A stretch of DNA of 64,000 nt. It comes from a phage. Each line of letters opens with the position of its first letter. The first letter of the stretch is position 1. The stretch is from assembly GCA_012338575.1 (NCBI GenBank), contig GCA_012338575.1_3616.1; one strand, 5' to 3'. Shown here piece by piece: positions 8,861-18,416 of this stretch. A model generated the notes under the pieces. That model saw only the letters and a list, made by a program, of their open reading frames with translations. It was not told where the DNA came from and did no database searches. A program made the position numbers and the translations under genes.

Positions 8861-9124
8861 ATGAAACGTCTTGATCAGCTTAAACTAGTTCAGTACATGG
8901 CCTACAAAGTTCTTGAAGTCCAAAAAGGTAGCAAAAAAGAGGTTTGCGAGAAAGCATATAAGATCTTTACCCGTAAAAAAGATGATTGGATGTTACGCCA
9001 GACCAAAAAAGCCGATATCCTGGGATACCTGGAAGAAGAGATCCGACTTGAAGAACAAGAAGAGATCCGCCGTAGTGAGGCAGATTATCAGGCAGCTTGG
9101 GAAAACTGGATGAGCAACAAATAA
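8861..9124 (+). CDS. hypothetical protein (87 aa)
   Basis: SD AAAGAGGTAAA; leader hairpin GGGCCGGGAGGCCC. Confidence 0.55.
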   Translation: MKRLDQLKLVQYMAYKVLEVQKGSKKEVCEKAYKIFTRKKDDWMLRQTKKADILGYLEEEIRLEEQEEIRRSEADYQAAWENWMSNK

Positions 9125-9190
9125 TACAACAAGTTACATGGTCAGGGGCAATAAAGCCCCTTGATCGCATAAAAATTATGCTATCCTTGG

Positions 9191-9219
9191 TTGACAAGGA
9201 TCGGCAGTTTTGCTATATT
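9191..9219 (+). promoter_or_regulatory. sigma70-like promoter (TTGACA, 17 bp, TATATT)
   Basis: TTGACA 9191-9196, TATATT 9214-9219. Confidence 0.55.
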
Positions 9220-9267
9220 CTTTTTGAAGGGAAGTTGTAAGAAAATTAACTAAGAGGTAAAAACACC

Positions 9268-9687
9268 ATGAACATTAAATCTAATAATCCGGCATATAGC
9301 TTTGATAACGCTTTTTGTCACGGTCCGGCGGCGAAAGGATTCGAAATCGATGGTAAACTAATTATTGTCAATGTTGACGGGGAAGAGGTTGCAGTATATC
9401 CGGTGGCAGACGTAAAAAGCCGTTTACAATGCCGCATTGATGTTACCGCCTATCAGCTTGATCCGGTCCGCATAGTTGCCCTGGTCTTGGAAGAAGAAAT
9501 TAAAGCCATGCACCATAGCAACAGATTTATTGGTGACGCGCAGGATAATATGAAAGTATGCCGCCATAAAGTTAATGAAGTGCTTAAAGAGTACGGCTAT
9601 AAAGATCTTATGATCAAACGTGAGGAAAAATTCCGCTACCGTAACGACCTGGCAAATCGAATCTATGAAATATACGAATCATTATAA
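9268..9687 (+). CDS. hypothetical protein (139 aa)
   Basis: SD AAGAGGTAAAA. Confidence 0.55.
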   Translation: MNIKSNNPAYSFDNAFCHGPAAKGFEIDGKLIIVNVDGEEVAVYPVADVKSRLQCRIDVTAYQLDPVRIVALVLEEEIKAMHHSNRFIGDAQDNMKVCRHKVNEVLKEYGYKDLMIKREEKFRYRNDLANRIYEIYESL

Positions 9688-9705
9688 TTTCTTAACTAAA
9701 CTATC

Positions 9706-9733
9706 AGGGGCTTTAAAAGGCCCCTTTCTTTTT
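9706..9733 (+). terminator. rho-independent terminator ending the rightward early block
   Basis: AGGGGC-tttaaaag-GCCCCT followed by TTCTTTTT. Confidence 0.65.
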
Positions 9734-10329
9734 GTCTGTATTTCTCCTACCACAAACGGCCCAGCCTGGCAAGTGGAATAATTGACTAGCCATCAATCCC
9801 ACACACTGTACAAATATACATGGAAAATAACTATTGCATAATTTTTCATTGTGTGGTAGCAAGTCCATTTTTACCCGTTTTCTCTCTCAAAATTGCACGT
9901 AATGCCGCTATTGCACAAAATTTAACCTGATGCACATCTTCAATATCTTGTCAACAACTAAAAATCTTTATAAGTCATACACTTACACACTCACAAAAGC
10001 GTGTTCTACGTGAAAAATCGAGTATAACTATAGCCGCCAGATCTCAGAATTTACGTACGCTCACCATTCTATAGTCTGCTAAGTATTTATTCCAACCATG
10101 GAATAACGGAATAGTCAATACCTGCATAAAATAATTATTCGTGTAAACTGCATAACATAAATCAGCTTATGTGTCAACATTCTTGGTAAACAGTCCGAAA
10201 TTGTAACGGTAAGTTATAATAAACAGAGAAATCTTTAGTCGTCTAATGTTTACTGTACATAACTATACTGACTGGAATCATTAGATGACTAAGAGAAAGA
10301 TAAGAAATAATTAACAATACAATTATTTT

Positions 10330-10520
10330 ATCTGTAACAATAAGGCAACTATGCAAACGAATATTATGGCGCGACGGAGTCGCGACATAATATAAAAGCA
10401 GTAACCATCACCCCCGTGATAGTTTGTCTGCAATCTATTAATCAGATCATAGTTGCCTTGTATTCAGTTAATCATGACATAACAAGCAAGGCAACTATAG
10501 ATCTGCTAATAGTTGCCCTG
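10330..10520. repeat. four copies of 12-bp motif ATAGTTGCC(T/C)TG in alternating orientation
   Basis: aaggcaactatg (10334), atagttgccttg (10451), caaggcaactat (10489), atagttgccctg (10509). Confidence 0.6.
10362..10392. repeat. 31-bp near-perfect palindrome
   Basis: TATTATGGCGCGAC-gga-GTCGCGACATAATA. Confidence 0.6.
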
Positions 10521-11359
10521 CTTTTATATTATGTCATAGGAACGCCCGAAGGGGTGACCTAGTCACCTGGCATAGCCAGCGAAAGATTATTAACTTGTTA
10601 ATTGTTAACTTGCTAATTGTTTTCATGCAAACGAATGTCATGGCTTATCCTATCTGTGTAAACAGTTAAGGTGTAAACTATCCAGGCGTAAACAGTCTAT
10701 GCGGGAACAATCTATACGTGAACAGTGAAACATGAAATAATAACAGTCGTTATTGTGTCGAAAGTGTATAAGGTGTATAAGGTGTCAGACAAGTTTTTCT
10801 CCTCTTTGTCAAGTGCTGCATGAAAATTTACAAACTGGTATGGTAGCATTTTTGCGGCCCTGTTTACATTCAGCGATGTATGTATAACCCTTGTTGTGTG
10901 GGCGTTTAGACGTCTGGACGGTCAGAAGTCCGCAGGTTAATATCTAATCTATTGGCTGCTAACTATATCCCACACAAATAGTAAGAAATATAATTGTTAT
11001 GTGCGTAAACGGTAACTCATGTTATCAATCCCTGTATGTATCGCCAGTGGTGCGCATAATGGGTATTATGTTAAATTGCCCGTAATGATAACTATTCTCA
11101 CAATGATAGGTATTCTCATTCAACCACATCAGATAGCTTGCAAATGTTGTGCCACTGTGTGAACGGCCTCGCCTATTAATTTGCCTCACTACCTCGATAT
11201 TTGAGAATTGTTATAAGAATGAGAAGTATTCCCATTCCGTCCGCCTGGCAGCACTCCTGTAGGTCCTGCAAGGACTCTAGCTGAAAGCTAGACCCTTCGG
11301 GCCTCCCTGTAGGTCAGGTCAAAATCGGGGTAGAACTGGGCCTATTTAGATATTTCTGG

Positions 11360-11505
11360 CTGGCTCTTCAGACATGTGTGGGAAAAGCCGACCCCTCCGG
11401 CGGCGGGGAGGGGGTCAATTAAAAAATTTACGTGGTGTATGAAGCGCTCTTCAGGTAAGGCATGTATTATGGGATGAAACCCTCTTCAGGTAAGGATATT
11501 TGTGG
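11360..11505. repeat. repeated CTCTTCAGG(TAAGG) motif cluster with GC hairpins
   Basis: ctcttcagac (11367), ctcttcaggtaagg (11447, 11487), more copies at 11883 and 12543; hairpin GACCCCTCC-ggcggc-GGGGAGGGGGTC. Confidence 0.5.
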
Positions 11506-12254
11506 GTGTGATATTTGCTGGAAAGCCAGATATGACGGGACTCCCGGCGGGGCAGGGGTAGTACAGACAGGGAAAATATGGGGGATGTAGTTGGGTGAAT
11601 TGATCAGACAGGTAGGGTATGGAATATGTTACAAGTATGTTAAATATGGAGGTCGAATATCTGTAGGATTTGTGTGTAAAATCAAAGACTTAAGTGGTGT
11701 TGTGGTATTTTCTATAAATAATTCAAGTTTAATAGGTAATATTTGCCTCTATCCACTTTGTGTGGTAAACAGATTCAGATGAGATTGGTTTACAAGTGTA
11801 TACATAATATACAAATTAAAGATACAAGAAACCCCCCTCCCCCTTCGGCTACCATTCACCTTTTCCTCTGACTGGTACTTAAACACTTATTCAGACTCTT
11901 CAGGTTATCACCCATATATCATATGGCAGTGACTGGTGTCCTCCGGCCCCTCTTTCGTCACCCGTCCGCTTCGCCATGCTAATGCCATAGCCAATGGTTC
12001 GGTTGTTCACCCTGTTCACTCAGGTGTATCTCCATACCCCTTCAAACCGAAGAGAACAGAAAACCCGAATTACTCGGTAAAAGAAAAGAGAAGAACTTAA
12101 TTTTATCAGGATAGGCAAGAATGTCAAGGCATGACTGCTCACTAAACAAGCAAACAGTCATGTGTGGGAGGTAAGTGATTGTGGTGGTAGGAAATTTAGT
12201 TGAAAGATGTGTTATAGGTGCTTCCAGCACTTTAGCCGGGCAGCTAATTGTGTG

Positions 12255-12470
12255 TCAGTCCAGCGGTTCATCCTCTACTTCACTGAAATCAATGTTCATG
12301 GTCTCTTCCCAACCATCGATCTCAGCACAAGAGTGGAGTTCTTTAGGGTTTACTCCCAAAGCCTCAGCAACAGAGTCTATATTTAACACCTCTGGCAGGT
12401 ATGATTCATCGAATTCAAGGTAAATCAGGCCACGAGTGTTGTCAGCTCCACCAAATATTTCTATCTTCAT
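12255..12470 (-). CDS. hypothetical acidic protein (71 aa), last gene of leftward block
   Basis: ORF with SD GAGGAG before ATG. Confidence 0.5.
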   Translation of the reverse strand: MKIEIFGGADNTRGLIYLEFDESYLPEVLNIDSVAEALGVNPKELHSCAEIDGWEETMNIDFSEVEDEPLD

Positions 12471-12591
12471 GAAATCTCCTCTGGAAATGAGAGTGTGAAC
12501 TGGGTTTTATACGTTCCAATGCACAGGAATTATGCACGTTTGCCTCTTCAGGCCATGCTTTAGCATGAGGAACCTGTGTGGGCTCGGTGCT

Positions 12592-12903
12592 TCATAGTCT
12601 ACCACCTCTGAACTCTTCGTGCTCAGGCATAATAGAGAACCAGATATCTACGATGTCTTCCCACGTTAGGTCATCAGCCTCAGGATCTACCTGGAGCGGG
12701 AGCGAAGATGGAGAACCTTCAGAATCGAAGTTTTCCTCTTGCACTGGCTCAGTCAAGGGACATATAGTCACTCCTTTGGATGTCTCTTCAGATGCATGTG
12801 TGTTTATCATGTTCCACCCGTGAGTATTCCGGCAACAGCCGCTATGGACGTAATGATCATCAGGATCACCACCAAAACTTCGGACAATGTTTTCATTGTG
12901 CAC
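12592..12903 (-). CDS. hypothetical protein (103 aa)
   Basis: ORF in leftward array. Confidence 0.4.
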   Translation of the reverse strand: MHNENIVRSFGGDPDDHYVHSGCCRNTHGWNMINTHASEETSKGVTICPLTEPVQEENFDSEGSPSSLPLQVDPEADDLTWEDIVDIWFSIMPEHEEFRGGRL

Positions 12904-13057
12904 TCCATATTCTCCAGACTATGTGTGGATACTATCACTGGAGCGGCAATGTGTCAACAGAAACGCCGCGAGGGTTTGGTTAAAATCCGAGCGTATGGTG
13001 ATTTGGGTCAAAACGGACGTGCGTTCTCGCTACGCTCGAAATGAAAAATATATACAC

Positions 13058-13378
13058 TTAGAGCTTTTTGCGGTCCAGAACCTGCTTACGTTGAATAAAG
13101 TGCATAAACGTCTCAGCCCATGAGCAATTCTGATACTCTCGGTACTTATGCATTGCCTGACGGCTCACACCGTATTCTGCAGCAAATGTGGAGACACGTA
13201 GAAAATCTGGCAGATCATCATCTTCAAAATATACAGTGCTGAGAGCAATATCGTTATCGTCGTATAGAACAATTTTCATAGATGATACCTCAAGATGTTG
13301 GTGGTTTAGGAAAACAGCCAAATTCTTTCTAAAGCGCTCTATAATGAGATTATCTGTACAAGGTATGCAATCGTGCAC
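13058..13378 (-). CDS. hypothetical protein (106 aa)
   Basis: ORF in leftward array. Confidence 0.4.
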   Translation of the reverse strand: MHDCIPCTDNLIIERFRKNLAVFLNHQHLEVSSMKIVLYDDNDIALSTVYFEDDDLPDFLRVSTFAAEYGVSRQAMHKYREYQNCSWAETFMHFIQRKQVLDRKKL

Positions 13379-13434
13379 CAGATAAAGAAAAGGACGCCAC
13401 AGAGCGTCCTAGGTGTCTTAAATTTGATATTTTG

Positions 13435-13746
13435 CTATACCCATGAGGGCTTATCAAGGTTGGAGTAGCTGAAAGGTGTCAAAAGGTGACTGTCAAAATC
13501 TCTCAAACTATCCAGATCTTTTTCCTCGTCCTGACACCATCTGTGCCTACATTTATTGTTGTAGTGCATGGAATGCATAGCGTTCTGCAACTTAACAGGC
13601 ACAAGTGATTCAGGGGTAGATAGTATTGTTGGGTATGCCAGAACCACCTCAAACAGTGGAAACACATCGAAACTAAAGTCTACCTCTGCAGAGGTTGATG
13701 GCATGTAGGAGTATTTAGCCGCCTTTGTAGACATAATCCACCCCAC
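13435..13746 (-). CDS. hypothetical protein (start uncertain)
   Basis: ORF overlapping 3' end of upstream gene; start may be internal Met. Confidence 0.3.
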   Translation of the reverse strand: MGWIMSTKAAKYSYMPSTSAEVDFSFDVFPLFEVVLAYPTILSTPESLVPVKLQNAMHSMHYNNKCRHRWCQDEEKDLDSLRDFDSHLLTPFSYSNLDKPSWV

Positions 13747-14069
13747 ACAGGTTTGATAATACCTTCACCGAATAACTCTTCATATCTAATCTTATCCGGA
13801 TCCCACTCCTGGATAATTTCGAAGACAATATCCAACCCTGGGATAATCACTTCTCCAGTGTCAAGTTTGGCAAGAACAAAACCAGAAGGCTGAATGGTTT
13901 CCCAGTTTCTACGATTGGAATAGAAGACCTCGAAAATATCACCGACCTTGATCTGTTGATCAAGATGCTCAAGGTTCTCTTTCATACGGATGCAGCGGAT
14001 TTTTCGTGCAGGCCATAGACCACCTGCATCACGTTCATTCAATTCTTTTACAGTGATCGGTATACCCAT
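13680..14069 (-). CDS. hypothetical protein (129 aa)
   Basis: ORF in leftward array. Confidence 0.45.
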   Translation of the reverse strand: MGIPITVKELNERDAGGLWPARKIRCIRMKENLEHLDQQIKVGDIFEVFYSNRRNWETIQPSGFVLAKLDTGEVIIPGLDIVFEIIQEWDPDKIRYEELFGEGIIKPVWGGLCLQRRLNTPTCHQPLQR

Positions 14070-14091
14070 CTCAAATCTCCTTCATAGATAG

Positions 14092-14116
14092 TAAAAAGAG
14101 GGGCCCAAGCCCCTCT
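14092..14116 (-). terminator. hairpin terminator (leftward)
   Basis: GAGGGGC-ccaa-GCCCCTC flanked by A-run/T-run. Confidence 0.5.
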
Positions 14117-14124
14117 CTTTGTCA

Positions 14125-14430
14125 TTATTCTACAGAGCGTTTGAACAGAATGTCTGCCTCGGACATGTGCTCAACCTCTTCTTCGATTTTAGCTCGACGT
14201 TTTTCAGCCTCATATCGAATATCGAACTCGGTAGCCACCAGAGATTTGATGAATTTAGGAGAATACAGATGATCCTGCTTCTCAACAAGAATGATATCCT
14301 TGATGGCATCTTTCAGATCTTTAATCTGAAGTTGGAGTTCCACCAGTTCTTCGATTGTTTTGCGAAGGCGATCACGCTCTGCAGTGTCAGAAGGAAGAGA
14401 GGTGAACAGTTCAACTTTAGATTTAGCCAT
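14125..14430 (-). CDS. coiled-coil protein (101 aa)
   Basis: ORF; heptad-like charged sequence. Confidence 0.45.
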   Translation of the reverse strand: MAKSKVELFTSLPSDTAERDRLRKTIEELVELQLQIKDLKDAIKDIILVEKQDHLYSPKFIKSLVATEFDIRYEAEKRRAKIEEEVEHMSEADILFKRSVE

Positions 14431-14458
14431 AGTAAGAGTCTCCTTATGTTGTTTTAAA

Positions 14459-14710
14459 TTAACGTTCTACAAAAATACCGTTCAGTTCAATAACCAGGAA
14501 TTTCTGGTCTTCACTATCGTCTCGTGCCAGCACCTCACAGACGTATCGGTCATCCCCATCATCATCGCAGTCAAATACAAGACTGAGGACTTTATCATGA
14601 TAAACCTTCGCCACTACCGCCTCGTAAGTATTGCCGATTGTGAATCCAAGATAATCTCCGATGCATTTGACAACAACATGGTCGCCAGCATTCAAGTCAA
14701 TCTTCGTCAT
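14459..14710 (-). CDS. hypothetical protein (83 aa)
   Basis: Start at internal ATG preceded by AAGGAG. Confidence 0.45.
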   Translation of the reverse strand: MTKIDLNAGDHVVVKCIGDYLGFTIGNTYEAVVAKVYHDKVLSLVFDCDDDGDDRYVCEVLARDDSEDQKFLVIELNGIFVER

Positions 14711-14865
14711 TACTGCGCTCCTTGGGTAATAATACTGTATGTAAAACTTTAACCAGAGATGTGAATAACGCCCCAAAACACACCGACAGCGCTAAAACAG
14801 ACAAGGCCATCATTAAAGCTTCAGTAAAATCAGTCACTCCTCACCTCTTGTTAGTCACTATACTG

Positions 14866-15129
14866 TCATTTATCCTTGCCGTCAAGAACTTTTTTAAATC
14901 TTTCAGGTATATCGCCTGTTCTTAGATAGTTCATGACCTCACAAGGTTCCCACTTGAATTTCTTACAGAGCAGGGCGGCTGAGATTGTTTCATTGCGAAA
15001 AGAAAGGATATTAATATCCCACTCTGAGAACCCCAACTTCCGAAGGGTAGCTACAGAAATCCTCACCGCAACCCAGCAGCAAAAACATGCAACAAACGCC
15101 ACTGCTACAACCCACATCAGTATGTTCAT
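14866..15129 (-). CDS. membrane-anchored protein (87 aa)
   Basis: N-terminal hydrophobic helix MNILMWVVAVAFVACFCCWVAV. Confidence 0.45.
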   Translation of the reverse strand: MNILMWVVAVAFVACFCCWVAVRISVATLRKLGFSEWDINILSFRNETISAALLCKKFKWEPCEVMNYLRTGDIPERFKKVLDGKDK

Positions 15130-15218
15130 ACAAGCACCTCACTGAAATACAAGACACAGTGTTAAGGTTACAGACCAGCAAATAATTAACAGTGCCGTTG
15201 CAACCTTGGCAAGATTTA

Positions 15219-15506
15219 TCATAGTGCCTCTAAGATTTCATACCCTTCGGGTCGGAATACAAGCCACTCCGTGGCTCCGTTTGGTCGATACGCTTTATAC
15301 AGAACAACCTGATCTCGGCACATGCACATAGCTACATAGTTTTCATCCACACCTGCAGCCTGCATTGCAGCTTCTTCTCCGGCAACTGCTTTGCTTACAA
15401 CCTCCTTAGTTGGCAGGTGTGCGATCAGCTCGTCACCATCATTAATTCCAAAATGGCTGAGTTCTCCATTGGTATCTTTAATCTTAATCTTAACCAGATC
15501 TTTCAT
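15219..15506 (-). CDS. hypothetical protein (95 aa)
   Basis: ORF in leftward array. Confidence 0.45.
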   Translation of the reverse strand: MKDLVKIKIKDTNGELSHFGINDGDELIAHLPTKEVVSKAVAGEEAAMQAAGVDENYVAMCMCRDQVVLYKAYRPNGATEWLVFRPEGYEILEAL

Positions 15507-15835
15507 TAGTCTTCCTCCAGGTTCAAAGGCCCTAAGATTTCATATGCCAGATTAGAAGTTACCAGAGGGTCTTCTGCATCTTTAGTATTGTACCACCCAT
15601 GAATAACCAGAGTCCCACTTTGTTTCATGTCCAACTGGAACTCTTCTGCCGTTTCCTCATCCAGCTCCAAGATTTCCATAAGGTATTTGATGTTAGGAAG
15701 GTATGCAGCTGTTACAGTTCCCTCCACCAAACCTTCGGGCCAACCTACATCTGGATGACAAGTAGGAACCAGGTTGGTCAGCTTAATGGTGTACGCTTTT
15801 TCTGCACGAGCCTTCAGTAACGGGTCAATCTTCAT
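15506..15835 (-). CDS. hypothetical protein (109 aa)
   Basis: ORF, start/stop overlap with neighbours. Confidence 0.45.
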   Translation of the reverse strand: MKIDPLLKARAEKAYTIKLTNLVPTCHPDVGWPEGLVEGTVTAAYLPNIKYLMEILELDEETAEEFQLDMKQSGTLVIHGWYNTKDAEDPLVTSNLAYEILGPLNLEED

Positions 15836-16185
15836 TATTCGTTCTCCTCTGTGGTGCCTGCTTCCAGTAACAAGTTAAGAATATCTTCTGCACAAGGCTC
15901 ATAGAACTCTTGGCCTTCATTATCAATGATTCGGTAGTCATCCCCGCGAATAATCAGAGGATCACTCTCAAAATTATCGAGACCTTTAACAACGACAACA
16001 CGATCGATTGCCATCATTGTAAGAACTTTATCGACATCTTCCTCTGCTACACCGTACTGCAGCAGAATGTCTTTAGTAGGAGGAACAGCATCCACCACAA
16101 CACCGTTACCAAAACCTTCCGGAAGTTCAGCTAAAATATCTTCCGGAACCACATTAACATCAAAACCAGTAATTTCTACTTTCAT
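15835..16185 (-). CDS. small acidic protein, possible distant member of paralog family A (116 aa)
   Basis: N-terminus MKVEITG...; acidic. Confidence 0.45.
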   Translation of the reverse strand: MKVEITGFDVNVVPEDILAELPEGFGNGVVVDAVPPTKDILLQYGVAEEDVDKVLTMMAIDRVVVVKGLDNFESDPLIIRGDDYRIIDNEGQEFYEPCAEDILNLLLEAGTTEENE

Positions 16186-16446
16186 TTACAGCACCTCTTC
16201 GTCAACTACTTCATAAAAATGGCCTGGGATTGCAATAGCGTTCTCACCTTCACCTACAAACACAGTTCCGTCAAGAATCAACATCATAAGAATTTCTGGA
16301 ATATCCTCTTCCGGAACGTTGCCAAAACCTTTAATCAGCGTGTAGGTTGGAAGATTTACCTCTAAGATGTCACCATCTTTAGAGCGGAAATCAACACCAT
16401 CCTGAATCTCTGCCATTTCAAGGTTTTTCAGTTTAATCTTCATCAA
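16186..16446 (-). CDS. small acidic protein, paralog family A (86 aa)
   Basis: MMKIKLKNLE... ends FYEVVDEEVL. Confidence 0.5.
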   Translation of the reverse strand: MMKIKLKNLEMAEIQDGVDFRSKDGDILEVNLPTYTLIKGFGNVPEEDIPEILMMLILDGTVFVGEGENAIAIPGHFYEVVDEEVL

Positions 16447-16522
16447 TCAGTCTCCTGTCTTGTTAAGATGAAGGTATTATTTCACACAGGGTTGGTGTTG
16501 TCAACACCTGTGTGCAAGAAAA

Positions 16523-16918
16523 TTACTGAAACAGTGCGGATAAATTACCTTCTGGTGGGAACTTATCTGCCAAAAACGGTGTTAGCACAGTAGCCTTCTG
16601 AAGATCTGGGGTCCACTCGTTGTTCAGAACATCCCAGTAGTACGCAATGTTGCTGTGTGGGTGCCGCATTACGAACTTTTTCCCTTCGTAATCATCTGAA
16701 ACCTCTACAGAAGAAATAACAACAGAATCTTCAAGGGTTTCTTCATAGAAAGATCCGCCTTCAAATTTCCAACGAGATGCAAGAGCCCCTGCCTTGAACG
16801 CTGCAGATAAAGGACTGTCGGCAAGAACATACATTTCTTGCACTCTGTCGCTGCGATCTTTGCTTCTTACATTGTATACAGTATCTGAGCTATACTCAAC
16901 ACGGTATAGTCTTACCAT
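16523..16918 (-). CDS. hypothetical protein, paralog family B (131 aa)
   Basis: Shares KKFVMRHPHSNIAYYWDVLNNEWTP motif with 18725-19123 (VFVIVHPDSRVKHYWNARTKTWTP). Confidence 0.5.
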   Translation of the reverse strand: MVRLYRVEYSSDTVYNVRSKDRSDRVQEMYVLADSPLSAAFKAGALASRWKFEGGSFYEETLEDSVVISSVEVSDDYEGKKFVMRHPHSNIAYYWDVLNNEWTPDLQKATVLTPFLADKFPPEGNLSALFQ

Positions 16919-17250
16919 TACCGCACCTCCTCAATAACTTCCACATCTGAACCTACCACAAATGCAAAAGGACAGGTTTCATGAAAGACATCCGGATCGC
17001 CGCCAAGCTTGCTAACAATCTCTCCACCACTAATAAACACAAGCTCACCGATATTCATAAGATTGCTGAAATAGTACCCATAATGATTAAAGAATGCAGC
17101 AGGGTCAGGTAGACTAGTGGCCTCAAGCACTACATCGGTTGAGGTTACTTTCTTATCATAACCTCTCGCCTTTTGAGATGCGAGATCTGCAGAATCCTCA
17201 GGCGACCGGAGATGCACAGGAATTGTTTCACCAATAAAGCGTACTTTCAT
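16918..17250 (-). CDS. small acidic protein, paralog family A (about 110 aa)
   Basis: Starts MKVRFIGE (internal ATG after GGTGA), ends SDVEVIEEVR. Confidence 0.45.
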   Translation of the reverse strand: MKVRFIGETIPVHLRSPEDSADLASQKARGYDKKVTSTDVVLEATSLPDPAAFFNHYGYYFSNLMNIGELVFISGGEIVSKLGGDPDVFHETCPFAFVVGSDVEVIEEVR

Positions 17251-17254
17251 ATTA

Positions 17255-17518
17255 TCACCCAACAACCATAACTTCAAAAGGGGTCATGAACGAATAAACG
17301 GCATCATCATCTGCTTCAAGGAATGCTCCCAAAGACTTCATGTCTGAGCCCTTGACAAATACAAGGTTTTGATCAAAAGCTTCTTGAGGATCAATCCGAT
17401 ACATATTTCGTAGAATATCGCTTATCTCCTCATCAAGAGGTGAGTATGCTGTGCACGTTTTTCCGATCAAGCTTTGAGAATCAGGGTATCCACCTGAAGT
17501 TTTAAAATAAACAATCAT
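17255..17518 (-). CDS. small acidic protein, family A-like (87 aa)
   Basis: LVFVKGSDMKSLGAF resembles family A core. Confidence 0.45.
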   Translation of the reverse strand: MIVYFKTSGGYPDSQSLIGKTCTAYSPLDEEISDILRNMYRIDPQEAFDQNLVFVKGSDMKSLGAFLEADDDAVYSFMTPFEVMVVG

Positions 17519-17609
17519 ATAGTATCACCTCTGGTAAGAGATTGGGATTCCTTTCCCACAAATAATTACAAACCTTCCTTATCGAGGAAGTATGCTAATC
17601 CAAGCAGGA

Positions 17610-17879
17610 TTATTCCTCTACAATCTCATACACATCCGGAGTTACAATCAACTCTTCTCCGTTACCCGGTGCAACAAACACCACCATTCCTTCAGGTGTG
17701 TGCTTTTTAGCCATCTCGATAACATCTTCTCGCAGAGCTGGCTCCATCAGATCAAAACCTTCACCTAGGGCATCACGAACCACCTTCATATAGTCAACTG
17801 GTTGTGCTTCGACAATCATGCCTTCAACCAGTCCACAGTTTTTGTCTGCCAGCTCAGTTTTGAATAATTTAATTTTCAT
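17610..17879 (-). CDS. small acidic protein, paralog family A (89 aa)
   Basis: MKIKLFKTELAD... ends DVYEIVEE. Confidence 0.5.
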   Translation of the reverse strand: MKIKLFKTELADKNCGLVEGMIVEAQPVDYMKVVRDALGEGFDLMEPALREDVIEMAKKHTPEGMVVFVAPGNGEELIVTPDVYEIVEE

Positions 17880-18016
17880 TTAGAGGTCTCCTCAATTATT
17901 TGATATTAATAGCCGTAACCTAACACATTAACTACAACTGCGATTGCAAACATAATTTCAAAGCATGCAATCTCTACATTCGGGACTAATTTCTTAATCA
18001 TGCCCATTGTAGCACC

Positions 18017-18334
18017 TCATTCTCCAAAGTCAATCTTTACTTTGCCTTTCCCTTTACCTTTCTTTCCACCGCATTTAGCCAGCTGACGTGCTGCAACATC
18101 TACCATACGGTCAGTTGCCTCGTAAGCATCACTACCTTTAGCCTTGGCAATAACTTCTTTTCCAGAATTGTCAAAAATGAGCGCCATAACTTCCTGGTGA
18201 TCATTTTCAACTTTTACACTCACACGTGCATAGTTGGCAGAGGGGTGCAAACGCTCCAGCTTAGACATTTTGTGGGAAATGAAAGACACCATACCTTCAG
18301 TGATTTCTACGTTGCCAGTGATTTCAATTTGCAT
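18017..18334 (-). CDS. hpf: ribosome hibernation promoting factor / RaiA-family homolog
   Basis: MQIEITGNVEITEGMVSFISHKMSKLERL...VKVEND...DAYEATDRMVDVAARQLAK matches recalled E. coli HPF (MQLNITGNNVEITEALREFVTAKFAKLEQY...VLKVEK...DMYAAIDGLIDKLARQL) along its length. Confidence 0.7.
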   Translation of the reverse strand: MQIEITGNVEITEGMVSFISHKMSKLERLHPSANYARVSVKVENDHQEVMALIFDNSGKEVIAKAKGSDAYEATDRMVDVAARQLAKCGGKKGKGKGKVKIDFGE

Positions 18335-18416
18335 AACGTGTTCCTTTTAAAGAAGAGGGAACCAAACCCTCTTTGAAAACAATGATACTAAATCTGAAGC
18401 GTTGTGTCAACAGTTT

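Larger units (their letters stand above)
10140..10740. repeat. dispersed GTAAACAG-type short direct repeats (iteron-like)
   Basis: gtgtaaactgc, ggtaaacagtcc, gtgtaaacagtt, gtgtaaactat, gcgtaaacagtc, gtgaacagtg within gene-free DNA. Confidence 0.5.

Noticed and set aside
10140-11505. CRISPR array in the repeat-rich region
   Set aside because: Repeats are short, heterogeneous, in both orientations and not regularly spaced with unique spacers; no cas genes.
11591-11782. 63-aa plus-strand ORF inside the repeat region
   Set aside because: No SD, lies within repeats, odd composition; likely not coding.
9734-12250. Prophage attachment/integration module
   Set aside because: No integrase, excisionase or recombinase ORF; region is gene-free.
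16918-17277. Track start for the 119-aa ORF (and similar upstream-extended starts at 1498, 6700, 50744, 51114, 54114, 55565, 60149)
   Set aside because: The extended starts overlap upstream genes, tRNAs or SD sequences; internal ATGs with proper SD spacing were used instead.
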